NCBI GenBank assembly: GCA_964346625.1
Contig: CAYFWA010000003.1
Location: 1-32,772, forward strand
Source: an uncultured Myxococcales bacterium
Lineage (GTDB): Bacteria > Myxococcota_A > Polyangia > HGW-17 > JAJRWW01
DNA: 32,772 bases
Direction of reading: 5' to 3'
Both the position numbers and the translations under genes were made by a program. A model generated the notes under the pieces. That model saw only the letters and a list, made by a program, of their open reading frames with translations, searched no databases and was not told where the DNA came from. The number at the start of each line of letters is the position of its first letter. The stretch's first letter is position 1. Below, one piece after another: positions 18,075-26,610 of this stretch.

Positions 18075-19913
18075 TCAACGCAGGCGACCGAGCCGACGCC
18101 GGGGTTCGCCGCGGCGGCGCACGGCCGGGCCCGCCAGTCGGCGGAGCTTGCCCCGCAGCGTCGCCTCCACCCACACCGGGGGGTGACACCGCAGCGCGGC
18201 GCGGTAGGCCGCCCGGGCGGCGGCGCGTTGTCCAGCCGCCCTCCGGACATCGCCCAGGTGGTGCCAGGCCTCCTGCATCCACGGATCGATTCGAACGGCC
18301 CGCTCCAGCAGCTTGATGGCCGCGCCCACCCCCTGCCCTTGATACCGGGCCCAGGCCAGGCTGTCCAGAATGAACGGATTGAGCGGATCGAGCCGGTGGG
18401 CCCGCTCAAGGAGCCGGGTGGCCTCTGGCAGCCGCAGCCCCCGCTCGGCGAGGCTGTAGCCCAGCAGGTTGAGCCGCTGGGGGTCGGCCGGGTCCTCGCG
18501 CACCAGGCGGCGCGCGGTGGCCAGGGCCTCGGTGAGCGCCCCGCCGTCGAGCAAAAGCAGCGTGCGTCGATAGCGGTGCGTCGGATCCATGGGCGACAGA
18601 CCCTCCTGGCGGCGGGCGCGCTCGAGCGCCCGCTGCGCCGCGTGGAGCCGTTGGTGCCTCGCCAGCAGGTGAGCGAGGGCCTCCCACAGCGCCGCCGCCT
18701 CGGGTCGTTTTTGCAGGGCCTGTCGCAACCCCTGCCGCGCCGCAGCGATTCCGCCCTGCGCCTCGCGCAGGGCGGCCAGCTCGACTTGCGCCTCCGCGTA
18801 GCTGTCGCGGTCCGCGGGCACGGCCCGCAGCAGCGCGGCGGCCGCGGCCGGCCCCCGGCGTCGGACCTGCCACCGCGCCCACCGCACCAGGGCCGGCCCG
18901 TAGCCAGGATCCTGACGTCGCGCCCGGCCCAGGAGCGCCTCGGCCCGCCCCCACTGTCCGAGCCGAGCGCGCAAACCGGCGGCGAAGGTCAACGGGGCCG
19001 CCGCCTCGTGGGCCTCGAGCAGGCGGACCAGGTCCTCGGCCCGATCGCGCCGGCGCAGGCTGAGCCACAGGCGAAACAGCTCGCGAGCCACCTCCACATC
19101 ATCCGCGGTGGCTTCCAGGGCGCGCTGCAGCACCCGCGCCGCCCGGCGCGGGCGCCCGTGCGCGAGCCAGAGCCGGGCCCGCGCGAGCCGGGGGTACACG
19201 GCGAAGGGCGCCACCCGCTCGAGTGCCTCCAGCCAACGCTTGGCGTCCTGGTCCCGGCCCTGCCGCCGAGCGAGCTGCGCCAGCGCGCGCAGCGCTTCGG
19301 CGTGCTCGGGGTGGCGACGGAGCACCGCGCGGAGGGCGGCGCGCTCGCGGCGAGGGCGGCGCATCCAGCGGGCCAGCCGGGCGCGCTCCAGGTGTACGGC
19401 AGCCAGCTCGGGGCGCAAGCGCGCCGCCTGCGCGAGCAGCGCGCGGGCGCGCGCGGGCGCGGCGCGCCGCAGCAGCCGGGCGTGCATCACCCGGGTGCGG
19501 GCGTGCGCGGGCGCCACGCGCTGGGCGGCGCGCACCTGCGCGAGGGCGGCCTCACGCTGGCCCTCACGCAGCCGAAGCTGCGCGATCCGCAGCCTCAGGT
19601 CGGGGGAGCCGGGATCCTCGCGCAAGGCCTCGCGCAACCACCGTCGCGCCACCCCGAACGACCCGCGGCCGACGGCCAGCTCGGCCCGCAGGTAATAATA
19701 GTACGCCTGAGGCGCCGCGGCCCGCACCCGAAGGGATTGCCGCCGCGGGCGCGCGGGGGCGTCCCGGTCGGCGTGCAGGCGCGAGGGAGAGGCGGGGCGG
19801 GGCGCTGGCCCCTTGGCGGAGGAGCAACCCATCCCCAGCAGCAGCGCCACCCCCAGCGCGCCCCCCCACGGCCTGCCGCCCACCGGGCGCCAGCGCCGCG
19901 CCTTCGACCGCAC
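18075..19913 (-). CDS. TPR-repeat lipoprotein
   Basis: GTG at 19913 gives the N-terminus (M)RSKARRWRPVGGRPWGGALGVALLLGMGCSS, with a lipobox. The body is Arg/Ala-rich TPR repeats (for example DPLNPFILDSLAWARYQGQGVGAAIKLLERAVRIDPWMQEAWHHLGDV). ORF-track residues upstream of 19913 overlap the preceding gene and the 92-bp duplication. Confidence 0.8.
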   Translation of the reverse strand: MRSKARRWRPVGGRPWGGALGVALLLGMGCSSAKGPAPRPASPSRLHADRDAPARPRRQSLRVRAAAPQAYYYYLRAELAVGRGSFGVARRWLREALREDPGSPDLRLRIAQLRLREGQREAALAQVRAAQRVAPAHARTRVMHARLLRRAAPARARALLAQAARLRPELAAVHLERARLARWMRRPRRERAALRAVLRRHPEHAEALRALAQLARRQGRDQDAKRWLEALERVAPFAVYPRLARARLWLAHGRPRRAARVLQRALEATADDVEVARELFRLWLSLRRRDRAEDLVRLLEAHEAAAPLTFAAGLRARLGQWGRAEALLGRARRQDPGYGPALVRWARWQVRRRGPAAAAALLRAVPADRDSYAEAQVELAALREAQGGIAAARQGLRQALQKRPEAAALWEALAHLLARHQRLHAAQRALERARRQEGLSPMDPTHRYRRTLLLLDGGALTEALATARRLVREDPADPQRLNLLGYSLAERGLRLPEATRLLERAHRLDPLNPFILDSLAWARYQGQGVGAAIKLLERAVRIDPWMQEAWHHLGDVRRAAGQRAAARAAYRAALRCHPPVWVEATLRGKLRRLAGPAVRRRGEPRRRLGRLR

Positions 19914-20051
19914 CGACACAGGGGAACTCACGAGCGAAGCTCCTCGAAAACCCGGTCGTACGGCCTGCCGCCCACCGGGCGCCAGCGCCGCGCCTTCGAC
20001 CGCATCGACACAGGGGAACTCACGGGCGAAGCTCCTCGAAAACCCGGTCGT
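19868..20051. repeat. 92-bp tandem duplication (2 copies, 90/92 identical) across the serine-hydrolase / TPR-lipoprotein gene junction
   Basis: Copy 1 is 19868-19959 and copy 2 is 19960-20051. The only differences are 19913 c versus 20005 t and 19933 a versus 20025 g. Confidence 0.97.
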
Positions 20052-21216
20052 GCAGCACCGGGCGCAGCGCTCGCAGCCGCGGATTGTCAGCGCGGGGGTG
20101 GACCCGGTTGCTGAGCAACACCACCCAGTAGCCGCGGTCCGGATCCAGCCACACCGAGCAGCCGGTAAAGCCAAGATGTCCAACCGTCGCCGGCCCCAGG
20201 TATTGCCCGCAGGAGCGGTAGCCGGTGGCGCTGGGACCATCCCAACCCAGCCGGAAGCTCGATCCCGGCACCCCGCTCGGGCGCCAGAAGCGCTGTACGG
20301 TGGCGGAAGAGACCGGCCCCGGCCGGCCCCGCCAGCCGCGCCACAGGGCCCCCAGCATCCGGTGCACGTCGGCGGCGGTGGAAAACAGCCCCGCCTGACC
20401 GCTGATGCCCCCCATGGCCCAGCTGTTGTGATCGTGAACCTGCCCGTCCATCACCTGCCCCCGCCAAGGACAGCGCTCGGTGGCGGCGAACCCCCCGAGG
20501 GGAGCGGGGGGAGGGTCGTCCAGGTCCACGTAGCCGGTTTGGCGGCAGCCCAGGGGCGCGAAGAACCGCTCGCCCAACACGTGATCCACCCGCCGACCAA
20601 AGACCTCCTCGAGCCACCACTCGAGCACCATGAATCCCAAGTCGCTGTAGATGGCGCTGTGCCCTGGCCGATGCTCGAGGGCAAGCTGCGCCACCTGCCC
20701 GCGCAGCCACCGGCGGGCCGCCGCCGGATGGTCGTCCACGGCCCCGGCCGCTCGCGCCACCGCCCACGCCTCGTGCAGGGGCCGCCAGGCCGGCAGACCG
20801 CTGCTGTGGGTCAGCAGGTGCCAGGGGGTGGCCCGCCCCAGGGGCGCGGGCAGGGGCAGCCGCGCCCCCAGCGCCTCATCCAGCGAGGCGCGGCCGTCAT
20901 CCACGGCGAGCATGACGGCGGTGGTAGTGGCGAGCGCCTTGGTCACCGAGGCCAGGTCGAAGCGCGTGTCGCGCGCGAGCAGGCGCGGGGCCGGATCGGT
21001 GCGCGCGTGCCCCACCAGGCGATGGTAGATCACCTCGCCACCGGCGGCCACCAGCAGCGCCGCTCCGGCAAACACGTTTCGCTGCTGAGCCTTCTGCAGC
21101 AGGCTTCCGATCCGATCGCTGGCCAAGATCCCTCGGGTCCACGGGCGGGCCACGGCGCGGCGCGGCAACGGGCCCGCGCCACCGGTGTGCGCCGACCCGC
21201 GGGTTCGGGTTCCCAT
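20020..21216 (-). CDS. Serine hydrolase, beta-lactamase (class C / esterase EstB-like) family
   Basis: ORF trimmed to the ATG at 21216. It has the S-x-x-K active-site motif in FDLASVTKALATTTAVML. It also shows family-typical segments HLLTHSSGLPAW and GHLGFTGCSVWLDPDRGYWVVLLSNRVHP. Confidence 0.85.
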   Translation of the reverse strand: MGTRTRGSAHTGGAGPLPRRAVARPWTRGILASDRIGSLLQKAQQRNVFAGAALLVAAGGEVIYHRLVGHARTDPAPRLLARDTRFDLASVTKALATTTAVMLAVDDGRASLDEALGARLPLPAPLGRATPWHLLTHSSGLPAWRPLHEAWAVARAAGAVDDHPAAARRWLRGQVAQLALEHRPGHSAIYSDLGFMVLEWWLEEVFGRRVDHVLGERFFAPLGCRQTGYVDLDDPPPAPLGGFAATERCPWRGQVMDGQVHDHNSWAMGGISGQAGLFSTAADVHRMLGALWRGWRGRPGPVSSATVQRFWRPSGVPGSSFRLGWDGPSATGYRSCGQYLGPATVGHLGFTGCSVWLDPDRGYWVVLLSNRVHPRADNPRLRALRPVLHDRVFEELRP

Positions 21217-21454
21217 CGATGCGTGCCCCGCTATTTTAGTCCTCTCCCGCGCTTGCGTCACTCCCGCAGATTTTTTGGGGACCCGTGGCGGGACAACGGG
21301 GGTCGCGCTTCTGCGGGGGGAGGGGCTGGAGGCGCCCCCCGCTTGATGCCGAGGCCTCCCGGTTGCTTTTGCGAGTGCTTTACGACGGGGCGCGGTGCGA
21401 TAGACTGCCGGAGCTCGCTCCTGGTTCGTCCAAGAAGGTGACAAAGACAGCCCC

Positions 21455-22465
21455 TTGCGCCGCCTCGTTTACAGACTGCTGCTCGGCCTGCTGCTCGCCA
21501 TGGCGGTCTACGTGGGCGTCTCCATCTACGCGGATCTGCAGGCGCTGGGCGCCAGCTTGCGCGCCTTCGACCATTTGACGCTGTTGCCCGTGCTGCTGCT
21601 TTCGCTGATTAACTACGGGCTGCGCTTCGCCAAGTGGCATCTTCTCCTGCGTCGGGCGGGGGTACGGGTGCCCCCCGGGCACAGCCTCGTGGTCTTTCTG
21701 TCCGGTTTCTCCATGGGCATCACCCCCGGCAAGATCGGCGAGCTCATCAAGAGCTGGCTGCTCAAGCAGTCCGCCGGGGTGCCGCTTTCCCAAACGACCC
21801 CCGTGGTCATCGCCGAGCGGCTCACCGATCTGGTGGCGCTGATGTTGCTGAGCGTGGCCGGGGCCTTCCTCTACGTGAACGATCCCCGCTTTGGGGTGCT
21901 GCTCGTTCTGTGCGGGATCGCCGTGGCGGGCCTCACCGGCGTGCTGGCCTCCCGTCGGGCGCTGCAAGGGATCGCCCGGCAAAGCGCCCACGTACCCGGG
22001 CTGCGGCGCCTGTCGACACCGCTTCAGGCCTTCGCCGCGCCCATGAGCACCCTGCTGCGGCCCGGCCCGCTGCTGCTCACCACCACCTTGTCGGCGGCCG
22101 CCTGGCTCGGCGAGTGCGTCGGCTTTTACCTGGTGCTCCGCGGCCTGCCCGGCCCGGGCGTTCCCCTGGGGCTCGCGGTGTTCATCTACTCCGCCACCAC
22201 CGTGCTCGGCGCCCTGAGCTTTCTGCCCGGCGGGTTGGGCGTCACCGAAGGCTCCATGACGCTGCTGCTGGTTCGCTCGGCCAGTCACCTCAGCCGCGCG
22301 GGCGCCGCCGCCGCCACCGTGCTCATCCGCTTGTGCACCCTGTGGTTCGGTGTGCTGGTGGGCTTTGGAGCGCTGGGCCTGTATCGGCTGCGGCACCGGG
22401 GGCCCTGGGCTCCGCCCACCGCGGCGCCTCCCCCGAAACCGGGCGCGTCCGCCCCGTTCGAGTAA
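21455..22465 (+). CDS. Flippase-like / lysylphosphatidylglycerol-synthase TM-region family membrane protein (UPF0104)
   Basis: 336 aa with about 8 TM segments. It contains LINYGLRFAKWHLLLRRAGVRVP...FLSGFSMGITPGKIGELIKSWLLK and LPGGLGVTEGSM, typical of PF03706-type proteins. The start is TTG at 21455; an alternative ATG lies at 21500. Confidence 0.7.
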   Translation: MRRLVYRLLLGLLLAMAVYVGVSIYADLQALGASLRAFDHLTLLPVLLLSLINYGLRFAKWHLLLRRAGVRVPPGHSLVVFLSGFSMGITPGKIGELIKSWLLKQSAGVPLSQTTPVVIAERLTDLVALMLLSVAGAFLYVNDPRFGVLLVLCGIAVAGLTGVLASRRALQGIARQSAHVPGLRRLSTPLQAFAAPMSTLLRPGPLLLTTTLSAAAWLGECVGFYLVLRGLPGPGVPLGLAVFIYSATTVLGALSFLPGGLGVTEGSMTLLLVRSASHLSRAGAAAATVLIRLCTLWFGVLVGFGALGLYRLRHRGPWAPPTAAPPPKPGASAPFE

Positions 22466-22499
22466 CCCGCCGTCCCGGCCCGCCCGCGGCCCCGGCGGA

Positions 22500-23144
22500 T
22501 CAACAGTATCGCGACAGCACCGCGAGCAACACCAGCGCCGCCGCCAGCGCCAGGTAAAAGCGGGTCCGCAAGGGCAGCGGCGGCCGGCGGGGCTCTACCT
22601 CGATCCGGGCTTCGGCCTGCCCCTGGTCCATCCCCACCGTCTCGGTGAGATACTCGGCCAACCGCGCGACGCGGGCGGTGATCGCGTCCGCGTCCCGCGG
22701 TCGCACCTGCCGGCCGAGCTGGGGATCGTAGACGGTCAGCCCGTGCTGGTCGGCCCACTCGAAGGCCCGGGCCACCGCCGCCCGGGCCAGCGCGGGGTTG
22801 GCCCCCCCCGGCACGCGCAGATCCACCCCATAGGTTTCGCCCTCGGGCACCCGCTCCCAAAAGCGGGGCCGGGTGGGGTGCAGCCACGCCTCGAGGATCC
22901 CGTCGGTGAGCTCCAGGCGCGCCCCGAGCGCCTCGGGCGCCTCGGGCGCCTCGGGCGCCTCGGGCGCCTCGGGCGCCTCGGGCGTTTCGGGCGCCTCGGG
23001 CGCCTCGGGCGCCTCGGGCGCCTCGGGCGTTTCGGGCGCCTCGGGCGCCGGCGGCCCGAAGGCCTCCGCCTCCACGGCCCGCCGCAGCGCCTGCGCCCCC
23101 GCTGGGGAGGGTGACCGGGCTCGCAGATAGAGTTCGTAGTCCAT
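22500..23144 (-). CDS. Hypothetical tail-anchored protein with an (EAP/ETP)n repeat
   Basis: ATG at 23144 gives [12 protein letters not shown].... A 39-residue (PEA/PET) run is followed by a globular region and a C-terminal TM ([19 protein letters not shown]). I recognise no family. Confidence 0.55.
   Translation of the reverse strand: MDYELYLRARSPSPAGAQALRRAVEAEAFGPPAPEAPETPEAPEAPEAPEAPETPEAPEAPEAPEAPEAPEALGARLELTDGILEAWLHPTRPRFWERVPEGETYGVDLRVPGGANPALARAAVARAFEWADQHGLTVYDPQLGRQVRPRDADAITARVARLAEYLTETVGMDQGQAEARIEVEPRRPPLPLRTRFYLALAAALVLLAVLSRYC
22928..23044. repeat. 9-bp tandem repeat x13 (gcgcctcgg, with two gcgtttcgg variants), in frame within the CDS
   Basis: Direct reading gives 117 bp, which is 13 units, encoding [39 protein letters not shown] on the minus strand. 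Confidence 0.95.
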
Positions 23145-23153
23145 GGGCTCATC

Positions 23154-23377
23154 TGGTCGCCGGTCGCCGGTCGCCGGTCGCTGGTCGCTGGTCGCCGGTC
23201 GCTGGTCGCTGGTCGCTGGTCGCTGGTCGCTGGTCGCCGGTCGCTGGTCGCCGGTCGCTGGTCGCCGGTCGCCGGTCGCCGGTCGCCGGTCGCCGGTCGC
23301 CGGTCGCCGGTCGCTAGTCGCCGGTCGCTGGTCGCTGGTCACCGATCGCCGGTCGCCGGTCGCCGGTCGCCGGTCGA
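23154..23377. repeat. Heptanucleotide microsatellite, 32 units of YGGTCGC (CGGTCGC / TGGTCGC, with 4 degenerate units at the distal end)
   Basis: Direct reading gives 224 bp, which is 32 x 7. It begins 9 nt upstream of the ATG at 23144 of the minus-strand gene. All six frames are open across it. Confidence 0.97.
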
Positions 23378-23459
23378 GCTCGCGAGACCGCGATCGCCGA
23401 CACGCAATTTTATCAGGGAGCGCAGGGGCTGAATATCAGGAAATCGCGAGCCCTCGGTA

Positions 23460-24896
23460 TCAGTTGGCGTTCGCGGGGCGCGACGCGGCCCGGCGCGGCG
23501 CGGTCTTGCGGCTCGCCGCCTTGCGCTGACGCCGGGCCCGGGCGCGTTGGCTCGCCCGCTGAGCCGCCCGACGACGACGGCGCGCGATCTCGGCGAGCCA
23601 GGCCTTGCCGCTCTTTTGCCAGCTCTTGTGCTCCCGCATGAGCTTGCGCACGATGGCCTCGGCTCGGCGATAGGCCCCGCGGGCCATTTCGCAGCGCGCC
23701 CAGCCCAGCAGGGCGTCGGCCCGGCGGGGGTAGTGCTGGTGGTGGCGCACCAGGGAGGAAAAGAGCTGACAGGCCTGGGCGACCTGCCCCTTGGCCAGGT
23801 GGGTCTGGGCGGCGTTGTACAGCGCGGGCGCGCTGGCCTTCGGCCGCTCAGCGCCCTTGCGCTTTTGGCGCGGTCGCATCGCGCTCCCGGAGCTCAACCC
23901 GCCGCCCTGCGACGAGACGCCCCCCATGAGCGCGGGGCGGGTTGGGGCGCGGCGGGCCCGCGGCTTCGGCGCCGCGGCAGGCGCGCGTGTGGATTTTTCC
24001 GCGGCCGTGGTGGCGCGCGGCGCCGTGGCCTGGTCGGCCTGGCGCTCCGCCAGGTTGCGCAGCGGGCGCTTGTCCTTGGAAGGGAGCCTCGAGAGACGCG
24101 TACGCCGGCGCCGGCGGTTTGCGCGGGCCTTCCCTCCGCCTTCGATCCCCACCGACGTGCTGTCCACGGCGTTCACGGATCGATCGCGGCGCGGCGCGCG
24201 GCGGCCCTTACGCGCGAGCTTATCCTGCTTTTGACGGAACCCCTCCTCGCCTCTGGCGTCGCCGAGGGCGTCGAGCCCGCGACCCGCTCGCTTCCCCTCC
24301 AGGGAGGGCTCCGCGCGGCGCCCGGGATCGTTGGCCGCCAAGGCCTCGCCCTCGTCGGCCTCCGCGGCCCGAGGCGCCGCGAACCAGGCGGTTTTTTCCA
24401 CGTCCTCGACGCGCGCGGGCGGCTGGGCCGTTTCGCCGGAGGCGACCGTGTCCGTACGCTCCGGCGTGTGGGCCGTCCCGGGGGATTGCGCACCGCCGGC
24501 CCGCGAGGCCTCGCCCGGCGCCGGGCCGCGCCCAGACAGAAAGACGAACACGCCGATCCCCAGCACCACCACGGCCATGGCCACCACGCCCACCGCCGGA
24601 CGCAGCAGCAGGGCAGGGAGGCCCTCCCCGAATAGCCGCACCCACCAGGGTCTGGACGCGCGCTGGGCCGCGGCCACGAGCTGCTCGGTGGACGCCGAGC
24701 AGGGCGAGAGCTCCTCGGCGTTGTCTCTCACCAACGACAGCAGCGCCGCGTAGGACTGCGCCTGCTCGGCCACCGCTGGCTCTTCGGACAGCTTCGCCGT
24801 GAACGCCTCTCGTTCGGCTTCGCTGAGCTCGTCGTACAGATAGTCGACGATCCGGTTATGGGGATCGGTCTTCACTGTCGTCACCGTCTCCGTCAT
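23460..24896 (-). CDS. Single-pass membrane protein with an anti-sigma-factor-like N-terminus and a C-terminal TPR-like/basic domain
   Basis: 478 aa with an ATG start. The N-terminus [25 protein letters not shown] resembles anti-sigma N-terminal helices but has no zinc ligands. A TM segment ([20 protein letters not shown]) and a low-complexity Arg/Ala-rich region follow. The end is TPR-like ([62 protein letters not shown]). Confidence 0.6.
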   Translation of the reverse strand: MTETVTTVKTDPHNRIVDYLYDELSEAEREAFTAKLSEEPAVAEQAQSYAALLSLVRDNAEELSPCSASTEQLVAAAQRASRPWWVRLFGEGLPALLLRPAVGVVAMAVVVLGIGVFVFLSGRGPAPGEASRAGGAQSPGTAHTPERTDTVASGETAQPPARVEDVEKTAWFAAPRAAEADEGEALAANDPGRRAEPSLEGKRAGRGLDALGDARGEEGFRQKQDKLARKGRRAPRRDRSVNAVDSTSVGIEGGGKARANRRRRRTRLSRLPSKDKRPLRNLAERQADQATAPRATTAAEKSTRAPAAAPKPRARRAPTRPALMGGVSSQGGGLSSGSAMRPRQKRKGAERPKASAPALYNAAQTHLAKGQVAQACQLFSSLVRHHQHYPRRADALLGWARCEMARGAYRRAEAIVRKLMREHKSWQKSGKAWLAEIARRRRRAAQRASQRARARRQRKAASRKTAPRRAASRPANAN

Positions 24897-25046
24897 TTCC
24901 TAGCATAGCACAGCCAGCCTGGCCACGACCGTGCCGGCCCCGCCTCGGCCCCGGGGCAGGCCCCCGGACGCCGAGCGACCGCGCACAGACACTGCAACGC
25001 ACGGCCAGCGCCGATGATCTACGGAACCCGCCGGGCCGGCACCGAT

Positions 25047-25628
25047 TCACCCGGCGGGCGCCGCCGGGGGCGACCGCTTCGTCCAGACCCACAGCACCAG
25101 GATGCCCAGCACACCCAGCAAGATCCAGAACCACCGGGCCTCGGCGCCCTGCAGGTAGTCGGAAAATCCGAGCCCCAGTCCCAGGCCAGCCAGCGCTCCG
25201 GTGATCAGGCGCCCGGCGGTGCTGCCGCGCGCGGCGAACAGCCGCGCCCGGCTCCAGTCGATGACCGCCGGGGCGACCAGCGCCGTGGCGACGAACCAGC
25301 GCCACGGGTGGCCCCACCGGCCGACCCGAGCCTCTAGAGCAACCACGAGCAGCACGGTGGGGTACACGGCCAGACAGCGCGCGCACAGCGCCAGGGTCCG
25401 GCTTCCGAGCCTCAGATGGACGCAGTGGTGCGCCTCCTCGGGGCCGTGATGCGACAGGGCCCGCCGCCAGCCGCGATACGGACGCGGATCGGGCGCGCGC
25501 TGCTGGCTCGCCTTGCCTCTTTCGAGTGCATCGGCCCCAGCTCCGGTCGCTTGGTGAAATCCCCTTTTCGCCGGCGCCTCGGCGCCGGGCTCCACCCCAT
25601 TCGAACGACCGCGGATCCGGCTAGCCAC
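25047..25628 (-). CDS. Small polytopic membrane protein, DUF2085-like
   Basis: SHHGPEEAHHCVHL...LALCARCLAVYP resembles the DUF2085 CHQxPERS...CARCTGIY motif, and 4 TM segments follow. There is no in-frame ATG. The start is GTG at 25628, overlapping the rsmA stop by 8 nt, or GTG at 25595. Confidence 0.5.
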   Translation of the reverse strand: MASRIRGRSNGVEPGAEAPAKRGFHQATGAGADALERGKASQQRAPDPRPYRGWRRALSHHGPEEAHHCVHLRLGSRTLALCARCLAVYPTVLLVVALEARVGRWGHPWRWFVATALVAPAVIDWSRARLFAARGSTAGRLITGALAGLGLGLGFSDYLQGAEARWFWILLGVLGILVLWVWTKRSPPAAPAG

Positions 25629-26610
25629 GGGACCCCCTCCGGAGACGTCCCCGGGGTCGGGCGCGCCGAGGCAAGCCCCGACCCCGGACGCTTAGGAGTC
25701 GATGCTTCTTGACCGCATGTCGCCTCGGCGCCCTCGGTGCGTCGAGCTCATTTTTGCGCGAGCCCTTAGCGGCGGGCGTGGCGTGGAGCCCCCGGGCTTC
25801 ACACAGGGCCCGGGCCAGCCGCTCGAAGGACGCCACGGAGACCTGCTCGGCCCGCTGCCGGGCCTCGAGTCCCTCGGCGTCGAGCAGCGCTTCGCTGAGT
25901 GACCACGGCCAGGGCGCCCCGCGCAGCCCGTTGCGCAGGGTCTTGCGCCGGTGGGCAAAGACCCGGCTTGCCAGGCCGTCGAGCTGATCCAGGCAGCAGT
26001 CGGCCAGGGCGTCGCGCCGGGGATCGAGGCCAAGCACCGTGGCCGCCACCTTGGGCGCCGGCGCGAAGGAGCCCGGCGCCACTTCGAAAAGGCGACGCAC
26101 CCGGGCGCGCGCAGCGGTGACCACCGTGAGCCGCCCGTAGCGGCGCGATCCCTCGCGAGCCACCAGGCGGGCGCCGACCTCCCGCTGAAACATGAGCACC
26201 AGGCGCTCGAGATCCTCCCGGAACGCGAGAGCTCGGCCCAACATGGCCGTGGAGGCGTTGAACGGGAGGTTGCCCACCACCCGCAGGCGCTGTCGGGCCC
26301 GCTGGGCAATCTCGTGATAGTCCAGGTGGGCGCCATCCTCGCAACGCACCTCGAGCCGCGCGGGCTGGGGGACCACCTGGGGCAGACGGGCGGCGAGCTG
26401 TTCATCGAGCTCCACCGCCACCAGGTGCGCGCAGCGTTCGCTCAACGGGGCCGTGAGCACGCCGGGGCCCGGTCCGAGCTCCACGATCCAGTCGGTGTCT
26501 GCGGACTCCAGGGCGGCGAGGATCTTGTCCCGCACCCCCCGATTGACCAGGAAATTCTGTCCGAGGGCTCGCTTGGCCCGGGGCCGCTGAGGCCCCGTCG
26601 GGGGTCTCAC
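25621..26610 (-). CDS. rsmA: 16S rRNA (adenine1518/1519-N6)-dimethyltransferase RsmA/KsgA with a repeat-derived C-terminal extension
   Basis: It has KRALGQNFLVN, the SAM motif VELGPGPGVLT and the catalytic VGNLPFNAST. There is no ATG. GTG at 26610 forms a GTGA overlap with the tsaD stop; alternative GTGs lie at 26619 and 26628. The last ~55 aa are not KsgA-like and run through repeat copy C. Confidence 0.85.
   Translation of the reverse strand: MRPPTGPQRPRAKRALGQNFLVNRGVRDKILAALESADTDWIVELGPGPGVLTAPLSERCAHLVAVELDEQLAARLPQVVPQPARLEVRCEDGAHLDYHEIAQRARQRLRVVGNLPFNASTAMLGRALAFREDLERLVLMFQREVGARLVAREGSRRYGRLTVVTAARARVRRLFEVAPGSFAPAPKVAATVLGLDPRRDALADCCLDQLDGLASRVFAHRRKTLRNGLRGAPWPWSLSEALLDAEGLEARQRAEQVSVASFERLARALCEARGLHATPAAKGSRKNELDAPRAPRRHAVKKHRLLSVRGRGLPRRARPRGRLRRGSRG
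25703..25768 (+). repeat. MITE-like dispersed repeat, copy C: right-hand ~65 bp only, embedded in the 3' end of rsmA
   Basis: tgcttcttgaccgcatgtcgcctcggcgccctcggtgcgtcgagctcatttttgcgcgagcccttag aligns to 6193-6260 of copy B. Confidence 0.75.

Noticed and set aside
18038-18409. The longer form of the LolB/DUF4292-like ORF (413 aa, starting at 18409).
   Set aside because: The extra 124 codons overlap the 3' end of the TPR gene in another frame and encode low-complexity Arg/Gly/Trp sequence. The internal ATG at 18037 sits just before a lipoprotein signal peptide.
19914-20240. The N-terminal 109 codons of ORF 18075..20240.
   Set aside because: They overlap the 3' end of the serine-hydrolase gene and run through the 92-bp duplication in a shifted frame. 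GTG at 19913 gives a proper lipoprotein signal peptide.
23145-23342. An N-terminal extension of the 22500..23144 gene, from GTG at 23342, encoding ([14 protein letters not shown])n.
   Set aside because: The reading frame is open in all six frames across the heptamer tract, so openness is not evidence of coding. An ATG with a sensible N-terminus (MDYELYLRA) lies right after the tract. This is kept only as a possibility within the microsatellite finding.
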